DNA from: Escherichia coli
GTDB taxonomy: Bacteria > Pseudomonadota > Gammaproteobacteria > Enterobacterales > Enterobacteriaceae
Assembly (NCBI RefSeq): GCF_013122565.1
Contig: NZ_CP053258.1
Length of the DNA: 64,000 nt
Reading direction: 5' to 3' (one strand)
The translations under genes and the position numbers were made by a program. The notes under the pieces are model-generated. The model was given only the letters and a program-made list of their open reading frames with translations, was not told where the DNA came from and did no database searches. Shown here in pieces: positions 49,249 to 60,264 of this stretch. Position 1 is the stretch's first letter, and each line of letters opens with the position of its first letter.

Positions 49249-50360
49249 TGCGCAGCTCCTGGTTTGGCCTCACCAATCACCACTTCATCGCCCGCTTCCA
49301 GCCCTTTGACAATCTCAACATCGGTATCGTTACGTGCGCCAATCGTCACTTCACGCTCGCGTGTTTCACCATTACGCAACAATTTGACTTTATAACGATT
49401 ATCGCCAACCGGATCGCCTAACGCCGACAGAGGGATCGTCAGCACATTTTTCACATCGGTGAGCTGAATATGCACTTGCGCAGTCATATCCAGCCGCAGC
49501 AAACCATTGGGGTTGGGGACTTCAAAACGGGCGTAATAGAAAATAGCGTCGTTAACCTTTTCCGGCGTCGGTAGTACATCCTTGATTTGCCCCTCGTAGC
49601 GCGTCAGTGGATCGCCAAGTACCGTAAACCAGGCTTTTTGCCCCGGCTTCAGGTGGATTACATCTGCTTCAGAAACCTGCGCTTTTACCAGCATGGTGCT
49701 CATATCTGCCAGCGTCAGAATGTTCGGTGCTTGTTGTGCGGCAATCACCGTCTGGCCTTGCAGAGTGGTGATTTGCGTGACTTCCCCGGCCATCGGGGCA
49801 ACGATGCGAGTGTAATCGAGATTGGTTTTAGCCGTATCGAGAGAAGCCTGATTGCGCTTGATTTGCGCGTCAATGGTGCCAATTTGCGCCTGTTTCACAG
49901 CCATCTCCGTCGCGGCGGTGTCGAGATCCTGCTGTGAAACCGCCTGCGTTTGTGCAAGACGTTGCTGACGGGAATATGTCACCCGCGCCAGTTTCAGCTC
50001 CGCTTCCGCCTGCTGCCGCTGCGCGCGTAGCTCCATCAGCGTTGCTTCCACCTCCTTGATCTGGTTTTCAGCCTGTTCAGGATCAATAACCCCTAAAAGC
50101 TGGTCTTTTTTAACTTTATCGCCAATCGCCACCGACAGCGTTTTCAACTGACCGCTGACCTGCGCGCCCACGTCAACCTTACGCAGCGCGTCCAGCTTTC
50201 CGGTCGCCAGCACGCTTTGCTGTAAATCACCGGGGCGCACAATCAGCGTCTGATAAGTCGGAACGGGTGCGTTAAGAATTCTCCATAACGTAATCAGTCC
50301 GGCGATGACTATCACCAGCGCAATAACGTAACGCTTCTTCACGGTTTTCCGCTTTTTCAT
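49245..50360 (-). CDS. macA: Macrolide efflux membrane fusion protein
   Basis: ORF track 49245..50387; ATG at 50358-50360 ([18 protein letters not shown]...) gives 371 aa. Confidence 0.93.
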   Translation of the reverse strand: MKKRKTVKKRYVIALVIVIAGLITLWRILNAPVPTYQTLIVRPGDLQQSVLATGKLDALRKVDVGAQVSGQLKTLSVAIGDKVKKDQLLGVIDPEQAENQIKEVEATLMELRAQRQQAEAELKLARVTYSRQQRLAQTQAVSQQDLDTAATEMAVKQAQIGTIDAQIKRNQASLDTAKTNLDYTRIVAPMAGEVTQITTLQGQTVIAAQQAPNILTLADMSTMLVKAQVSEADVIHLKPGQKAWFTVLGDPLTRYEGQIKDVLPTPEKVNDAIFYYARFEVPNPNGLLRLDMTAQVHIQLTDVKNVLTIPLSALGDPVGDNRYKVKLLRNGETREREVTIGARNDTDVEIVKGLEAGDEVVIGEAKPGAAQ

Positions 50361-50474
50361 AAATATTCTGAATACTCCATATGCCAATCCGGGTCATTAA
50401 CTTCAACGAAATATCAACAAAACCCTAAAATTTACGTTAGTAATCACACTATTGATGTTTGGTTAAGATACGCA

Positions 50475-51467
50475 ATGATGAAATCGACGTCATGTACAAC
50501 CATTGATTTCATGAATATGTCGCAGCTAACTGAACGGACCTTTACGCCATCTGAATCTCGCAGCAGCCTGTCACTTTTTCTTAGTCTGGCACGTGGACAG
50601 TGTCGGCCGGGTAAATTCTGGCATCGCCGTAGTTTTCGCCAGAAATTTTTGCTGCGCTCGTTGATTATGCCGCGTTTAAGCGTTGAGTGGATGAACGAAC
50701 TTTCACACTGGCCTAATCTCAATGTGTTGTTAACGCGCCAGCCGCGACTGCCTGTACGTCTGCATCGCCCTTACCTTGCGGCGAATCTTAGCCGTAAGCA
50801 ATTGCTGGAGGCGTTACGTTACCATTATGCGTTACTCCGCGGGTGTATGTCGGCGGAAGAATTCAGCTTATATTTGAATACCCCCGGGCTGCAACTGGTG
50901 AAGCTGGAAGGCAAAAACGGCGAGCAGTTCACGCTTGAGCTGACCATGATGATCTCAATGGATAAAGAAGGTGACAGCACAATCCTGTTCCGCAACAGCG
51001 AAGGTATTCCTCTGGCAGAGATCACGTTTACCCTGTGTGAATATCAGGGGAAAAGAACGATGTTTATTGGCGGACTGCAAGGCGCAAAATGGGAAATCCC
51101 ACATCAGGAAATCCAGAATGCGACGAAAGCCTGCCACGGGCTATTTCCCAAACGCCTCGTGATGGAAGCGGCCTGTCTGTTTGCCCAACGTTTGCAGGTA
51201 GAGCAGATTATTGCCGTCAGCAATGAAACGCATATTTACCGCAGCCTGCGTTATCGCGATAAAGAAGGCAAGATCCATGCCGATTACAACGCTTTCTGGG
51301 AATCGGTTGGCGGCGTATGTGATGCTGAACGCCATTACCGCCTTCCAGCACAGATAGCACGAAAAGAGATTGCCGAAATCGCCAGTAAAAAACGGGCTGA
51401 ATACCGTCGGCGCTATGAGATGCTCGACGCTATTCAGCCACAAATGGCCACGATGTTTCGCGGTTAA
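50475..51467 (+). CDS. ybjX: VirK-like protein (DUF535 family)
   Basis: 330 aa ORF; family assignment is from recall of E. coli YbjX / Salmonella VirK, not a search; 3' end overlaps the convergent ybjD by 4 nt. Confidence 0.75.
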   Translation: MMKSTSCTTIDFMNMSQLTERTFTPSESRSSLSLFLSLARGQCRPGKFWHRRSFRQKFLLRSLIMPRLSVEWMNELSHWPNLNVLLTRQPRLPVRLHRPYLAANLSRKQLLEALRYHYALLRGCMSAEEFSLYLNTPGLQLVKLEGKNGEQFTLELTMMISMDKEGDSTILFRNSEGIPLAEITFTLCEYQGKRTMFIGGLQGAKWEIPHQEIQNATKACHGLFPKRLVMEAACLFAQRLQVEQIIAVSNETHIYRSLRYRDKEGKIHADYNAFWESVGGVCDAERHYRLPAQIARKEIAEIASKKRAEYRRRYEMLDAIQPQMATMFRG

Positions 51468-53122
51468 TCCGCGCGACCGCGCGCCAGCCACAGCACGCGT
51501 GAGAACATTTTTTTCAGCAGCGTCGGTACGGAGTCCACACCACGACGTCCGGCCTCCATTGCCACTTCAATGGCAAGATCGGGTTTGGAAGAGCGATGGA
51601 TCGCTTTCGAGATAATTTTGCGCAGATTCATCGGTACATTTTCCGGGATTTGCGCCACGCGGTGGAACACATCGGAAAATCCCTGGCGATACATAAAATG
51701 TTCCATATCCAGCGCCGGTAACGCCGTTAAATGTTCTCGTTCGGCTTCCCGATCATTATTCAACAGGCTGCGTACCGTAGCGGCATATTTCTTCCCTGCT
51801 TCATCGCCATCGACCAGTACATGCCATTCAATCCCCATTCGCCGGGCAAATTTAACCAGTGGCTTTAGCCCGGACTGGGCAAACTCAATGACCTTGATCC
51901 CTTCGGCATCAAAATGATGTCCGCACTGACGCGCCAGTTCATTTATAACCCAGGTTTCCGTTTCCCCTTCCACCAGCAACCAGCAGCGAGCAAACAGCGA
52001 TGACGGACGATTAAAACGAATGTGAAAAGAGATGCGGCGGCTGTCTTCGGTGCTCAAGCCACTTGGCCCCAGACGCCAGGCGGCAACACGAGAAGATTCA
52101 CGCACCAGGCGGCAAACATGTTCCACTGGAGTTAACGAAAGCAGCTCGCCAGAGTTGGTGGTAGCAATACGTTGTAAAGGCAAAAGATTCAACAGATGCC
52201 AGGCAACTGAAAGCATAATGGGGTGTAAACGCGTTTCTGGATCTTCGATCAGCAACAATGGACGGGCGTCTTTATCCAGTCGCAATGTGCCTTTTGCCTG
52301 CAATAAAGTAGCAAACAGGCCGAGCAAAATAACCCGATACGAGCGCCCTCCAGGTCGGTCAATCATCCGGTTGATGATGTCCAGATAGCGCCAGCTTCGT
52401 TGCTCATTGCTGGCCCGCCGCCGCATTAAACGATATCGCGCCTGTCCAGCCCCCTGCTCAGAGAAATAATGCTCAAGCAACTGCACCATTGCGGAAAGTC
52501 CCTGACGAATCTGTCCATCAGAGAGATTTTGCGGATGTGAGGACAACTCACGGGCGAGGAAATCGAGCTGGCGCGCGGTGACTTCCACATTGGGGACATT
52601 TGGCACCGTGCCGTTACGAATACGGCGCATAAAACGGGCATCACGCAAGCGCAGCACCGGCATTAAACGCACCAGATGGCGTGCCTGATCGTTAATATCC
52701 TCAACATCAATCGGATGTCCGTCTTTATCGAGAAAACTGCGCAGTGTCATCACGCTGCCGTCTTCCGCACTCTCCCCTTCCAGACGATAAAAAATACGGT
52801 GATAGCCATCGGTGCATGGCGTCCAGCACGCTTCCAGCGGTCGATAGCGGCGAACCCGATGTCGGCCTGGCAGCGATTCGCGGAAGGTCAAAATAATATG
52901 CAGATGATGTTCCCGACCGTTGATATCTCCCGGCGGGAACCAGAAATCGTCGCGCTCAAAATGGTAGAGATCTGATTCTGGCGATAGCAGCAGGGTTAAG
53001 GCGTCCAGCAAGCTGGATTTACCCCACGCGTTCTCCCCAATCAGGACGTTGTTTTGTTCCAGCATCAACGACAAACGGTTGATACCGCGAAAACCCACAA
53101 TTTCAACGCGCTCAAGAATCAT
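51464..53122 (-). CDS. ybjD: OLD-family protein: N-terminal ABC-type ATPase plus C-terminal Toprim nuclease-like domain
   Basis: 552 aa; Walker A GENAWGKSS near the N-terminus, acidic LLVEGETE Toprim-like motif in the C-terminal third. Confidence 0.85.
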   Translation of the reverse strand: MILERVEIVGFRGINRLSLMLEQNNVLIGENAWGKSSLLDALTLLLSPESDLYHFERDDFWFPPGDINGREHHLHIILTFRESLPGRHRVRRYRPLEACWTPCTDGYHRIFYRLEGESAEDGSVMTLRSFLDKDGHPIDVEDINDQARHLVRLMPVLRLRDARFMRRIRNGTVPNVPNVEVTARQLDFLARELSSHPQNLSDGQIRQGLSAMVQLLEHYFSEQGAGQARYRLMRRRASNEQRSWRYLDIINRMIDRPGGRSYRVILLGLFATLLQAKGTLRLDKDARPLLLIEDPETRLHPIMLSVAWHLLNLLPLQRIATTNSGELLSLTPVEHVCRLVRESSRVAAWRLGPSGLSTEDSRRISFHIRFNRPSSLFARCWLLVEGETETWVINELARQCGHHFDAEGIKVIEFAQSGLKPLVKFARRMGIEWHVLVDGDEAGKKYAATVRSLLNNDREAEREHLTALPALDMEHFMYRQGFSDVFHRVAQIPENVPMNLRKIISKAIHRSSKPDLAIEVAMEAGRRGVDSVPTLLKKMFSRVLWLARGRAD

Positions 53123-53547
53123 ATCCCCTCCAGAAATATGTGACTTATCCTTTACGCTGGCAGTATAACGGGAAAGGCCTTGCTAATACGTGATGACATC
53201 ACATTTAAGCATGGCAAATGTCTGAAAAATGAGCGAATAATCGCGTTATACTCCCTCTTGCTGATAAGTCTGCAAAAACAACAAAATCAAATAATTAGCA
53301 TGATAAATTATTTTTTATTACGCCTAAAGGATTAAATCTTTTGCTTGCACTACACTGTCAATCAGACAAATGACTATATGGGGCAACCCGCTGTTGCCCT
53401 AAATCAAATTTACTGGATTTATTTATCTGGTGAATGGCTCACCTTCGTTTTTAAAATAGCCGCGCATTATTTCCGTCGTCACTTATTTACGACGACCCTA
53501 TATAACGACCATATTTTTCACAGGGTCAATTTTTAATTGAGGTGGAT

Positions 53548-54243
53548 ATGTTCAGAAAATTAGCAGCTGAATGTTTTGGTACTTTCTGGCTTGTTTTTGG
53601 TGGCTGTGGTAGTGCTATTCTGGCCGCAGGCTTCCCGGAATTAGGCATCGGTTTTGCCGGCGTGGCGCTGGCATTCGGTTTGACCGTTCTGACGATGGCC
53701 TTTGCTGTTGGTCACATTTCTGGTGGTCATTTTAACCCGGCGGTCACTATTGGTTTATGGGCTGGCGGACGTTTTCCGGCAAAAGAAGTCGTTGGCTACG
53801 TAATTGCCCAAGTTGTCGGCGGTATTGTTGCAGCGGCGCTGCTGTATTTAATTGCCAGTGGTAAAACGGGTTTTGACGCGGCAGCCAGCGGTTTTGCTTC
53901 TAACGGTTATGGCGAGCATTCACCAGGCGGTTATTCCATGCTTTCCGCGCTGGTAGTTGAACTGGTATTGAGTGCAGGTTTCCTGTTGGTGATCCACGGC
54001 GCAACCGACAAATTCGCTCCGGCAGGTTTTGCGCCGATCGCGATTGGTCTGGCCTTAACCCTGATTCACTTAATCAGTATTCCGGTGACTAACACTTCTG
54101 TTAACCCGGCGCGCAGCACCGCGGTTGCCATCTTCCAGGGCGGCTGGGCATTAGAACAACTGTGGTTCTTCTGGGTGGTGCCAATTGTCGGCGGCATTAT
54201 CGGTGGTCTGATTTACCGGACTCTACTGGAAAAGCGTAATTAA
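53548..54243 (+). CDS. aqpZ: Aquaporin Z
   Basis: ATG at 53548 ([19 protein letters not shown]...) gives 231 aa; two NPA motifs (HFNPAVT, VNPARS). Confidence 0.96.
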   Translation: MFRKLAAECFGTFWLVFGGCGSAILAAGFPELGIGFAGVALAFGLTVLTMAFAVGHISGGHFNPAVTIGLWAGGRFPAKEVVGYVIAQVVGGIVAAALLYLIASGKTGFDAAASGFASNGYGEHSPGGYSMLSALVVELVLSAGFLLVIHGATDKFAPAGFAPIAIGLALTLIHLISIPVTNTSVNPARSTAVAIFQGGWALEQLWFFWVVPIVGGIIGGLIYRTLLEKRN

Positions 54244-54289
54244 TTAGTATTGGCATTTTATCTGCCCTGGTTATTTTATCTTCGACGTT

Positions 54290-54540
54290 ACAAACCGCAC
54301 GGGTGTTGGTGGCGTCAAAATCGCTGAAGCGTTCCCCGAAGGCCGGGGCAGCCCACATGGATGTGGGCTGAGGGCGCGTCTTACAGGGACGTTACCTCGC
54401 GCCCGACCCGGTAGCCGAAGGGGATAAGCTGAAGGTACCGCGCAGCGGCGATTTTGTTCGCCAGAGCCCGGGGGTGCAGGGGGCGGCGGCGACTGGCCGC
54501 CCCCTGCGCGCTCCCTGCGCCAGTGGCTTTATATGGCATT
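54290..54540. other. GC-rich intergenic element with several perfect hairpins
   Basis: Perfect inverted repeats cagcccacat/atgtgggctg (about 54349-54370), cagggggcggc/gccgccccctg (about 54477-54506) and gggcgcg/cgcgccc with a 19-nt loop (about 54372-54404); GC content far above flanks. Function unknown. Confidence 0.5.
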
Positions 54541-54701
54541 GCACATGAAAGGAGCGCAACAATGCTAAACGCTCATATAGAATTAAAAATCCCCCTCTGA
54601 TGCATAACATTTCCTTTTAATTGCAACTTTACTCGTCCTTCCGCTTTCAGTAGTGTGTCATCGCGCATTTCGACTTCTTTCTTTGCAAGGACTGGGTTTT
54701 C

Positions 54702-55601
54702 ATGTTTTCTGGGCTGTTAATCATTTTGGTTCCCCTGATTGTGGGTTACCTCATTCCTCTTCGCCAAAAAGCTGCATTAAGAGTTATTAATCAGCTATTA
54801 AGCTGGATGGTTTACCTCATTCTCTTTTTTATGGGTATCAGTCTGGCGTTTCTCGATAACCTCGCCAGTAACCTGTTGGCGATTCTGCATTATTCTGCCG
54901 TCAGTATTACCGTTATTTTACTGTGTAATATTGCCGCCCTGATGTGGCTGGAGCGCGGTCTGCCGTGGCGCAATCACCATCAGCAAGAAAAACTCCCATC
55001 GCGTATTGCGATGGCACTGGAGTCGCTAAAACTGTGCGGCGTAGTAGTGATTGGTTTTGCCATTGGTCTGAGTGGACTGGCTTTCTTACAACACGCGACC
55101 GAAGCCAGTGAATACACCTTAATTCTGCTACTTTTCCTCGTCGGTATTCAGTTGCGCAATAATGGCATGACCTTAAAGCAGATTGTCCTTAATCGCCGGG
55201 GAATGATTGTCGCCGTGGTGGTGGTTGTCAGTTCATTAATTGGTGGTTTAATTAACGCCTTTATTCTTGATCTCCCCATCAATACCGCGCTGGCAATGGC
55301 CTCCGGTTTCGGCTGGTATTCTCTTTCCGGTATTTTATTGACCGAATCTTTTGGTCCGGTAATCGGGAGCGCGGCGTTTTTTAATGATCTGGCCCGTGAA
55401 CTGATTGCTATTATGTTGATCCCTGGGCTGATTCGCCGCAGCCGCTCTACTGCACTGGGCTTATGCGGTGCCACATCAATGGATTTCACCCTGCCCGTTC
55501 TTCAACGTACTGGCGGACTGGATATGGTCCCGGCGGCAATTGTTCACGGTTTTATTCTTAGCCTGTTAGTGCCGATCCTCATCGCCTTTTTCTCTGCATA
55601 A
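54702..55601 (+). CDS. ybjE: Lysine exporter LysO
   Basis: 299 aa polytopic membrane protein MFSGLLIILVPLIVGYLIPL... Confidence 0.85.
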   Translation: MFSGLLIILVPLIVGYLIPLRQKAALRVINQLLSWMVYLILFFMGISLAFLDNLASNLLAILHYSAVSITVILLCNIAALMWLERGLPWRNHHQQEKLPSRIAMALESLKLCGVVVIGFAIGLSGLAFLQHATEASEYTLILLLFLVGIQLRNNGMTLKQIVLNRRGMIVAVVVVVSSLIGGLINAFILDLPINTALAMASGFGWYSLSGILLTESFGPVIGSAAFFNDLARELIAIMLIPGLIRRSRSTALGLCGATSMDFTLPVLQRTGGLDMVPAAIVHGFILSLLVPILIAFFSA

Positions 55602-55744
55602 TACCTCTCTGGCGGTAGATCCCTGCCGCCAAAATTGCGCTAAATCAATCTCCCTTAAAGTTGCATGAAAAATCCCTTTTATCCCCGCGTTAAGCGTCTT
55701 AACCTTAAACATGTATATTAAATATAACTTTAAAAGGTGTGATC

Positions 55745-57397
55745 ATGTTTTGTGTGCAATGTGAACAAACTATCCGTACTCCGGCAGGAAACGGCTGCTC
55801 ATACGCGCAGGGGATGTGTGGTAAAACGGCGGAAACCTCTGACCTTCAGGATTTACTCATCGCGACGCTGCAAGGGCTTTCGGCCTGGGCGGTAAAAGCG
55901 CGTGAATACGGCATCATCAACCACGATGTAGACAGCTTTGCGCCACGCGCATTTTTCTCAACCCTGACCAACGTTAACTTCGATTCTCCACGTATTGTCG
56001 GCTACGCTCGTGAAGCGATTGCCCTGCGCGAGGCGCTGAAAGCACAATGCCTGGCTGTAGATGCCAACGCCTGCGTCGATAATCCGATGGCTGACCTGCA
56101 ACTGGAGAGCGACGATCTCGGCGAGCTGCAACGTCAGGCAGCTGAATTTACGCCAAATAAAGATAAAGCGGCGATTGGCGAAAACATTCTCGGCCTGCGT
56201 CTGCTGTGCCTGTATGGCCTGAAAGGTGCGGCGGCCTATATGGAACACGCCCACGTTCTCGGTCAATACGACAACGATATTTATGCCCAGTACCATAAAA
56301 TCATGGCGTGGCTGGGGACCTGGCCTGCCGATATGAACGCGCTTCTTGAGTGTTCAATGGAAATCGGCCAGATGAACTTCAAAGTGATGAGCATTCTGGA
56401 TGCAGGCGAAACCGGTAAATACGGTCACCCGACGCCAACCCAGGTCAACGTCAAAGCGACGGCGGGTAAATGCATCCTGATTTCCGGTCACGATCTCAAA
56501 GATCTCTACAACCTGCTGGAACAGACCGAAGGCACGGGCGTTAATGTCTACACCCACGGCGAAATGCTGCCTGCGCATGGCTACCCGGAGCTGCGTAAAT
56601 TCAAGCATCTGGTCGGTAACTACGGCAGCGGCTGGCAGAATCAGCAAGTTGAGTTCGCTCGCTTCCCTGGCCCTATCGTGATGACGTCGAACTGCATCAT
56701 CGATCCAACCGTAGGCGCTTATGACGATCGTATCTGGACCCGCAGCATCGTTGGCTGGCCGGGTGTGCGTCATCTGGATGGCGAAGATTTTTCTGCGGTC
56801 ATCGCCCAGGCGCAACAAATGGCGGGCTTCCCGTACAGCGAAATTCCGCACCTGATCACCGTGGGCTTTGGCCGCCAGACGCTGCTTGGCGCAGCGGATA
56901 CGCTGATTGATCTGGTGAGCCGTGAAAAACTGCGTCATATCTTCCTGCTTGGTGGCTGTGACGGCGCACGCGGCGAGCGCCACTACTTCACCGATTTCGC
57001 CACCAGCGTGCCGGATGACTGCCTGATCCTGACTCTCGCCTGTGGTAAATATCGCTTTAACAAACTTGAGTTTGGCGATATCGAAGGTCTGCCGCGTCTG
57101 GTAGATGCAGGTCAATGTAACGATGCTTACTCAGCAATTATTCTGGCGGTAACGCTGGCAGAAAAACTGGGCTGCGGTGTCAACGATCTGCCGCTGTCGC
57201 TGGTGCTCTCCTGGTTTGAACAGAAAGCGATCGTCATTCTGCTGACGCTGCTTTCTCTGGGCGTGAAAAATATCGTCACCGGCCCGACTGCACCTGGTTT
57301 CCTGACACCAGACCTGCTGGCGGTGCTGAACGAGAAATTCGGCCTGCGTTCTATCACCACTGTTGAAGAAGACATGAAGCAACTGTTGAGCGCGTAA
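55745..57397 (+). CDS. hcp: Hybrid-cluster protein (hydroxylamine reductase)
   Basis: ORF track 55739..57397; ATG at 55745 ([27 protein letters not shown]...) gives 550 aa; N-terminal Cys cluster. Confidence 0.94.
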   Translation: MFCVQCEQTIRTPAGNGCSYAQGMCGKTAETSDLQDLLIATLQGLSAWAVKAREYGIINHDVDSFAPRAFFSTLTNVNFDSPRIVGYAREAIALREALKAQCLAVDANACVDNPMADLQLESDDLGELQRQAAEFTPNKDKAAIGENILGLRLLCLYGLKGAAAYMEHAHVLGQYDNDIYAQYHKIMAWLGTWPADMNALLECSMEIGQMNFKVMSILDAGETGKYGHPTPTQVNVKATAGKCILISGHDLKDLYNLLEQTEGTGVNVYTHGEMLPAHGYPELRKFKHLVGNYGSGWQNQQVEFARFPGPIVMTSNCIIDPTVGAYDDRIWTRSIVGWPGVRHLDGEDFSAVIAQAQQMAGFPYSEIPHLITVGFGRQTLLGAADTLIDLVSREKLRHIFLLGGCDGARGERHYFTDFATSVPDDCLILTLACGKYRFNKLEFGDIEGLPRLVDAGQCNDAYSAIILAVTLAEKLGCGVNDLPLSLVLSWFEQKAIVILLTLLSLGVKNIVTGPTAPGFLTPDLLAVLNEKFGLRSITTVEEDMKQLLSA

Positions 57398-57408
57398 GGA
57401 GTTTGTCG

Positions 57409-58377
57409 ATGACGATGCCAACGAATCAATGCCCGTGGCGGATGCAGGTTCATCACATTAAGCAAGAAACGCCGGATGTGTGGACGATTTCCCTGATTTG
57501 CCACGATTACTACCCATATCGCGCCGGGCAATATGCACTGGTCAGCGTGCGGAACTCAGCGGAAACGCTGCGTGCTTACACCATTTCCTCCACGCCAGGC
57601 GTGAGTGAATACATCAGCCTGACCGTGCGGCGGATTGATGACGGTGTCGGCTCCCAGTGGCTGACGCGCGATGTAAAACGCGGTGATTATCTCTGGCTTT
57701 CGGACGCGATGGGGGTATTTACCTGTGACGATAAAGCAGAAGATAAATTCCTGTTGCTGGCGGCAGGCTGCGGCGTCACGCCGATTATGTCGATGCGTCG
57801 CTGGCTGGCGAAGAACCGTCCACAGGCCGATGTGCAGGTGATCTACAATGTGCGTACGCCGCAGGATGTTATTTTCGCCGATGAGTGGCGTAACTATCCG
57901 GTAACGCTGGTGGCGGAAAATAACGTTACCGAAGGCTTTATCGCTGGTCGTCTCACTCGCGAACTGCTGGCAAGCGTTCCTGATTTAGCCTCACGTACCG
58001 TGATGACTTGTGGTCCAGCACCGTATATGGATTGGGTAGAACAGGAAGTGAAGGCGCTCGGCGTGACGCGTTTCTTTAAAGAGAAATTCTTCACCCCAGT
58101 AGCGGAAGCGGCGACCAGCGGTCTGAAATTCACCAAACTGCAACCGGCACGAGAATTTTACGCCCCGGTTGGCACTACGCTACTGAAGGCGCTGGAAAGC
58201 AATAACGTTCCGGTTGTCGCCGCCTGCCGCGCGGGTGTTTGCGGCTGCTGTAAGACGAAAGTGGTTTCCGGTGAATATACGGTGAGCAGTACAATGACGC
58301 TGACCGACGCCGAAATCGCTGAAGGTTACGTACTGGCCTGCTCCTGCCATCCGCAGGGGGATTTGGTTCTCGCATAA
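57409..58377 (+). CDS. hcr: NADH oxidoreductase partner of Hcp
   Basis: ATG at 57409 (MTMPTNQCPWRMQVHHI...) gives 322 aa; C-terminal 2Fe-2S motif CRAGVCGCCKTK. Confidence 0.94.
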   Translation: MTMPTNQCPWRMQVHHIKQETPDVWTISLICHDYYPYRAGQYALVSVRNSAETLRAYTISSTPGVSEYISLTVRRIDDGVGSQWLTRDVKRGDYLWLSDAMGVFTCDDKAEDKFLLLAAGCGVTPIMSMRRWLAKNRPQADVQVIYNVRTPQDVIFADEWRNYPVTLVAENNVTEGFIAGRLTRELLASVPDLASRTVMTCGPAPYMDWVEQEVKALGVTRFFKEKFFTPVAEAATSGLKFTKLQPAREFYAPVGTTLLKALESNNVPVVAACRAGVCGCCKTKVVSGEYTVSSTMTLTDAEIAEGYVLACSCHPQGDLVLA

Positions 58378-58509
58378 TCGCCTTATGCCCGATGATATTC
58401 CTTTCATCGGGCTATTTAACCGTTAGTGCCTCCTTTTTCTCCCATCCCTTCCCCCTCCGTCAGATGAACTAAACTTGTTACCGTTATCACATTCAGGAGA
58501 TGGAGAACC

Positions 58510-60228
58510 ATGAAACAAACGGTTGCAGCTTATATCGCCAAAACACTCGAATCGGCAGGCGTGAAACGCATCTGGGGAGTCACGGGCGACTCTCTGAACG
58601 GTCTTAGCGACAGTCTTAATCGCATGGGCACCATCGAGTGGATGTCCACCCGCCATGAAGAAGTGGCGGCGTTTGCCGCTGGCGCTGAAGCACAACTTTC
58701 AGGAGAACTGGCGGTCTGTGCCGGATCTTGCGGCCCCGGCAACCTGCACTTAATCAACGGCCTGTTCGATTGCCACCGCAATCACGTTCCGGTACTGGCG
58801 ATTGCCGCTCATATTCCCTCCAGCGAAATTGGCAGCGGCTATTTCCAGGAAACCCACCCACAAGAGCTATTCCGCGAATGTAGTCACTATTGCGAGCTGG
58901 TTTCCAGCCCGGAGCAGATCCCACAAGTGCTGGCAATTGCTATGCGCAAAGCGGTGCTTAACCGTGGCGTTTCTGTTGTTGTGTTACCGGGCGACGTGGC
59001 GTTAAAACCTGCACCAGAAGGGGCAACTACCCACTGGTATCATGCGCCACAGCCAGTCGTGACGCCGGAAGAAGAAGAGTTACGCAAACTGGCGCAACTG
59101 CTGCGTTATTCCAGCAATATCGCCCTGATGTGTGGCAGCGGCTGCGCGGGAGCGCATAAAGAGTTAGTTGAGTTTGCCGGTAAAATTAAAGCGCCTATTG
59201 TTCATGCCCTGCGCGGTAAAGAGCATGTCGAATACGATAATCCGTATGATGTCGGAATGACCGGGTTAATCGGCTTCTCGTCAGGTTTCCATACCATGAT
59301 GAACGCCGACACGTTAGTGCTACTCGGCACGCAATTTCCGTACCGCGCGTTCTACCCGACCGATGCCAAAATTATTCAGATTGATATCAATCCAGCCAGC
59401 ATCGGCGCTCACAGCAAGGTGGATATGGCACTGGTCGGCGATATCAAATCGACTCTGCGTGCATTGCTGCCACTGGTGGAAGAAAAAACCGATCGCAAGT
59501 TTCTGGATAAAGCGCTGGAAGATTACCGCGATGCCCGCAAAGGGCTGGACGATTTAGCTAAACCGAGCGAGAAAGCCATTCACCCGCAATATCTGGCGCA
59601 GCAAATTAGTCATTTTGCCGCCGATGACGCCATCTTTACCTGTGACGTCGGCACGCCAACGGTATGGGCGGCACGTTATCTGAAAATGAATGGCAAGCGT
59701 CGCCTGTTAGGTTCGTTTAACCACGGTTCGATGGCTAACGCCATGCCGCAGGCGCTGGGCGCGCAGGCAACCGAGCCAGAACGCCAGGTGGTCGCCATGT
59801 GCGGCGATGGCGGTTTTAGCATGTTGATGGGCGATTTCCTCTCAGTAGTGCAGATGAAACTGCCGGTGAAAATTATCGTCTTTAATAACAGTGTGCTGGG
59901 CTTTGTGGCGATGGAGATGAAAGCCGGAGGCTACCTGACAGACGGTACTGAGCTGCACGACACCAACTTTGCCCGTATCGCCGAAGCATGCGGCATTACG
60001 GGTATCCGTGTAGAAAAAGCGTCTGAAGTTGATGAAGCCCTGCAACGCGCCTTCTCCATCGACGGTCCGGTATTGGTGGATGTGGTGGTCGCCAAAGAAG
60101 AGTTAGCCATTCCACCGCAGATCAAACTTGAACAGGCCAAAGGTTTCAGCCTGTATATGCTGCGCGCAATCATCAGCGGACGCGGTGATGAAGTGATCGA
60201 ACTGGCGAAAACGAACTGGCTAAGGTAA
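58510..60228 (+). CDS. poxB: Pyruvate oxidase (ubiquinone-dependent, TPP/FAD)
   Basis: 572 aa [37 protein letters not shown]... Confidence 0.97.
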   Translation: MKQTVAAYIAKTLESAGVKRIWGVTGDSLNGLSDSLNRMGTIEWMSTRHEEVAAFAAGAEAQLSGELAVCAGSCGPGNLHLINGLFDCHRNHVPVLAIAAHIPSSEIGSGYFQETHPQELFRECSHYCELVSSPEQIPQVLAIAMRKAVLNRGVSVVVLPGDVALKPAPEGATTHWYHAPQPVVTPEEEELRKLAQLLRYSSNIALMCGSGCAGAHKELVEFAGKIKAPIVHALRGKEHVEYDNPYDVGMTGLIGFSSGFHTMMNADTLVLLGTQFPYRAFYPTDAKIIQIDINPASIGAHSKVDMALVGDIKSTLRALLPLVEEKTDRKFLDKALEDYRDARKGLDDLAKPSEKAIHPQYLAQQISHFAADDAIFTCDVGTPTVWAARYLKMNGKRRLLGSFNHGSMANAMPQALGAQATEPERQVVAMCGDGGFSMLMGDFLSVVQMKLPVKIIVFNNSVLGFVAMEMKAGGYLTDGTELHDTNFARIAEACGITGIRVEKASEVDEALQRAFSIDGPVLVDVVVAKEELAIPPQIKLEQAKGFSLYMLRAIISGRGDEVIELAKTNWLR

Positions 60229-60264
60229 AAAGGGTGGCATTTCCCGTCATAATAAGGACATGCC

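Noticed and set aside
50444-50722. 92-aa minus-strand ORF across the macA-ybjX intergenic region and the ybjX 5' end
   Set aside because: It overlaps the divergent promoter region and the ybjX start on the opposite strand, with no RBS or recognisable features.
54392-54610. 72-aa minus-strand ORF in the aqpZ-ybjE intergenic region
   Set aside because: It falls within the GC-rich hairpin element, is Arg/Pro/Ala-rich as expected for a GC-driven open frame, and has no convincing RBS; more likely a non-coding structured element.
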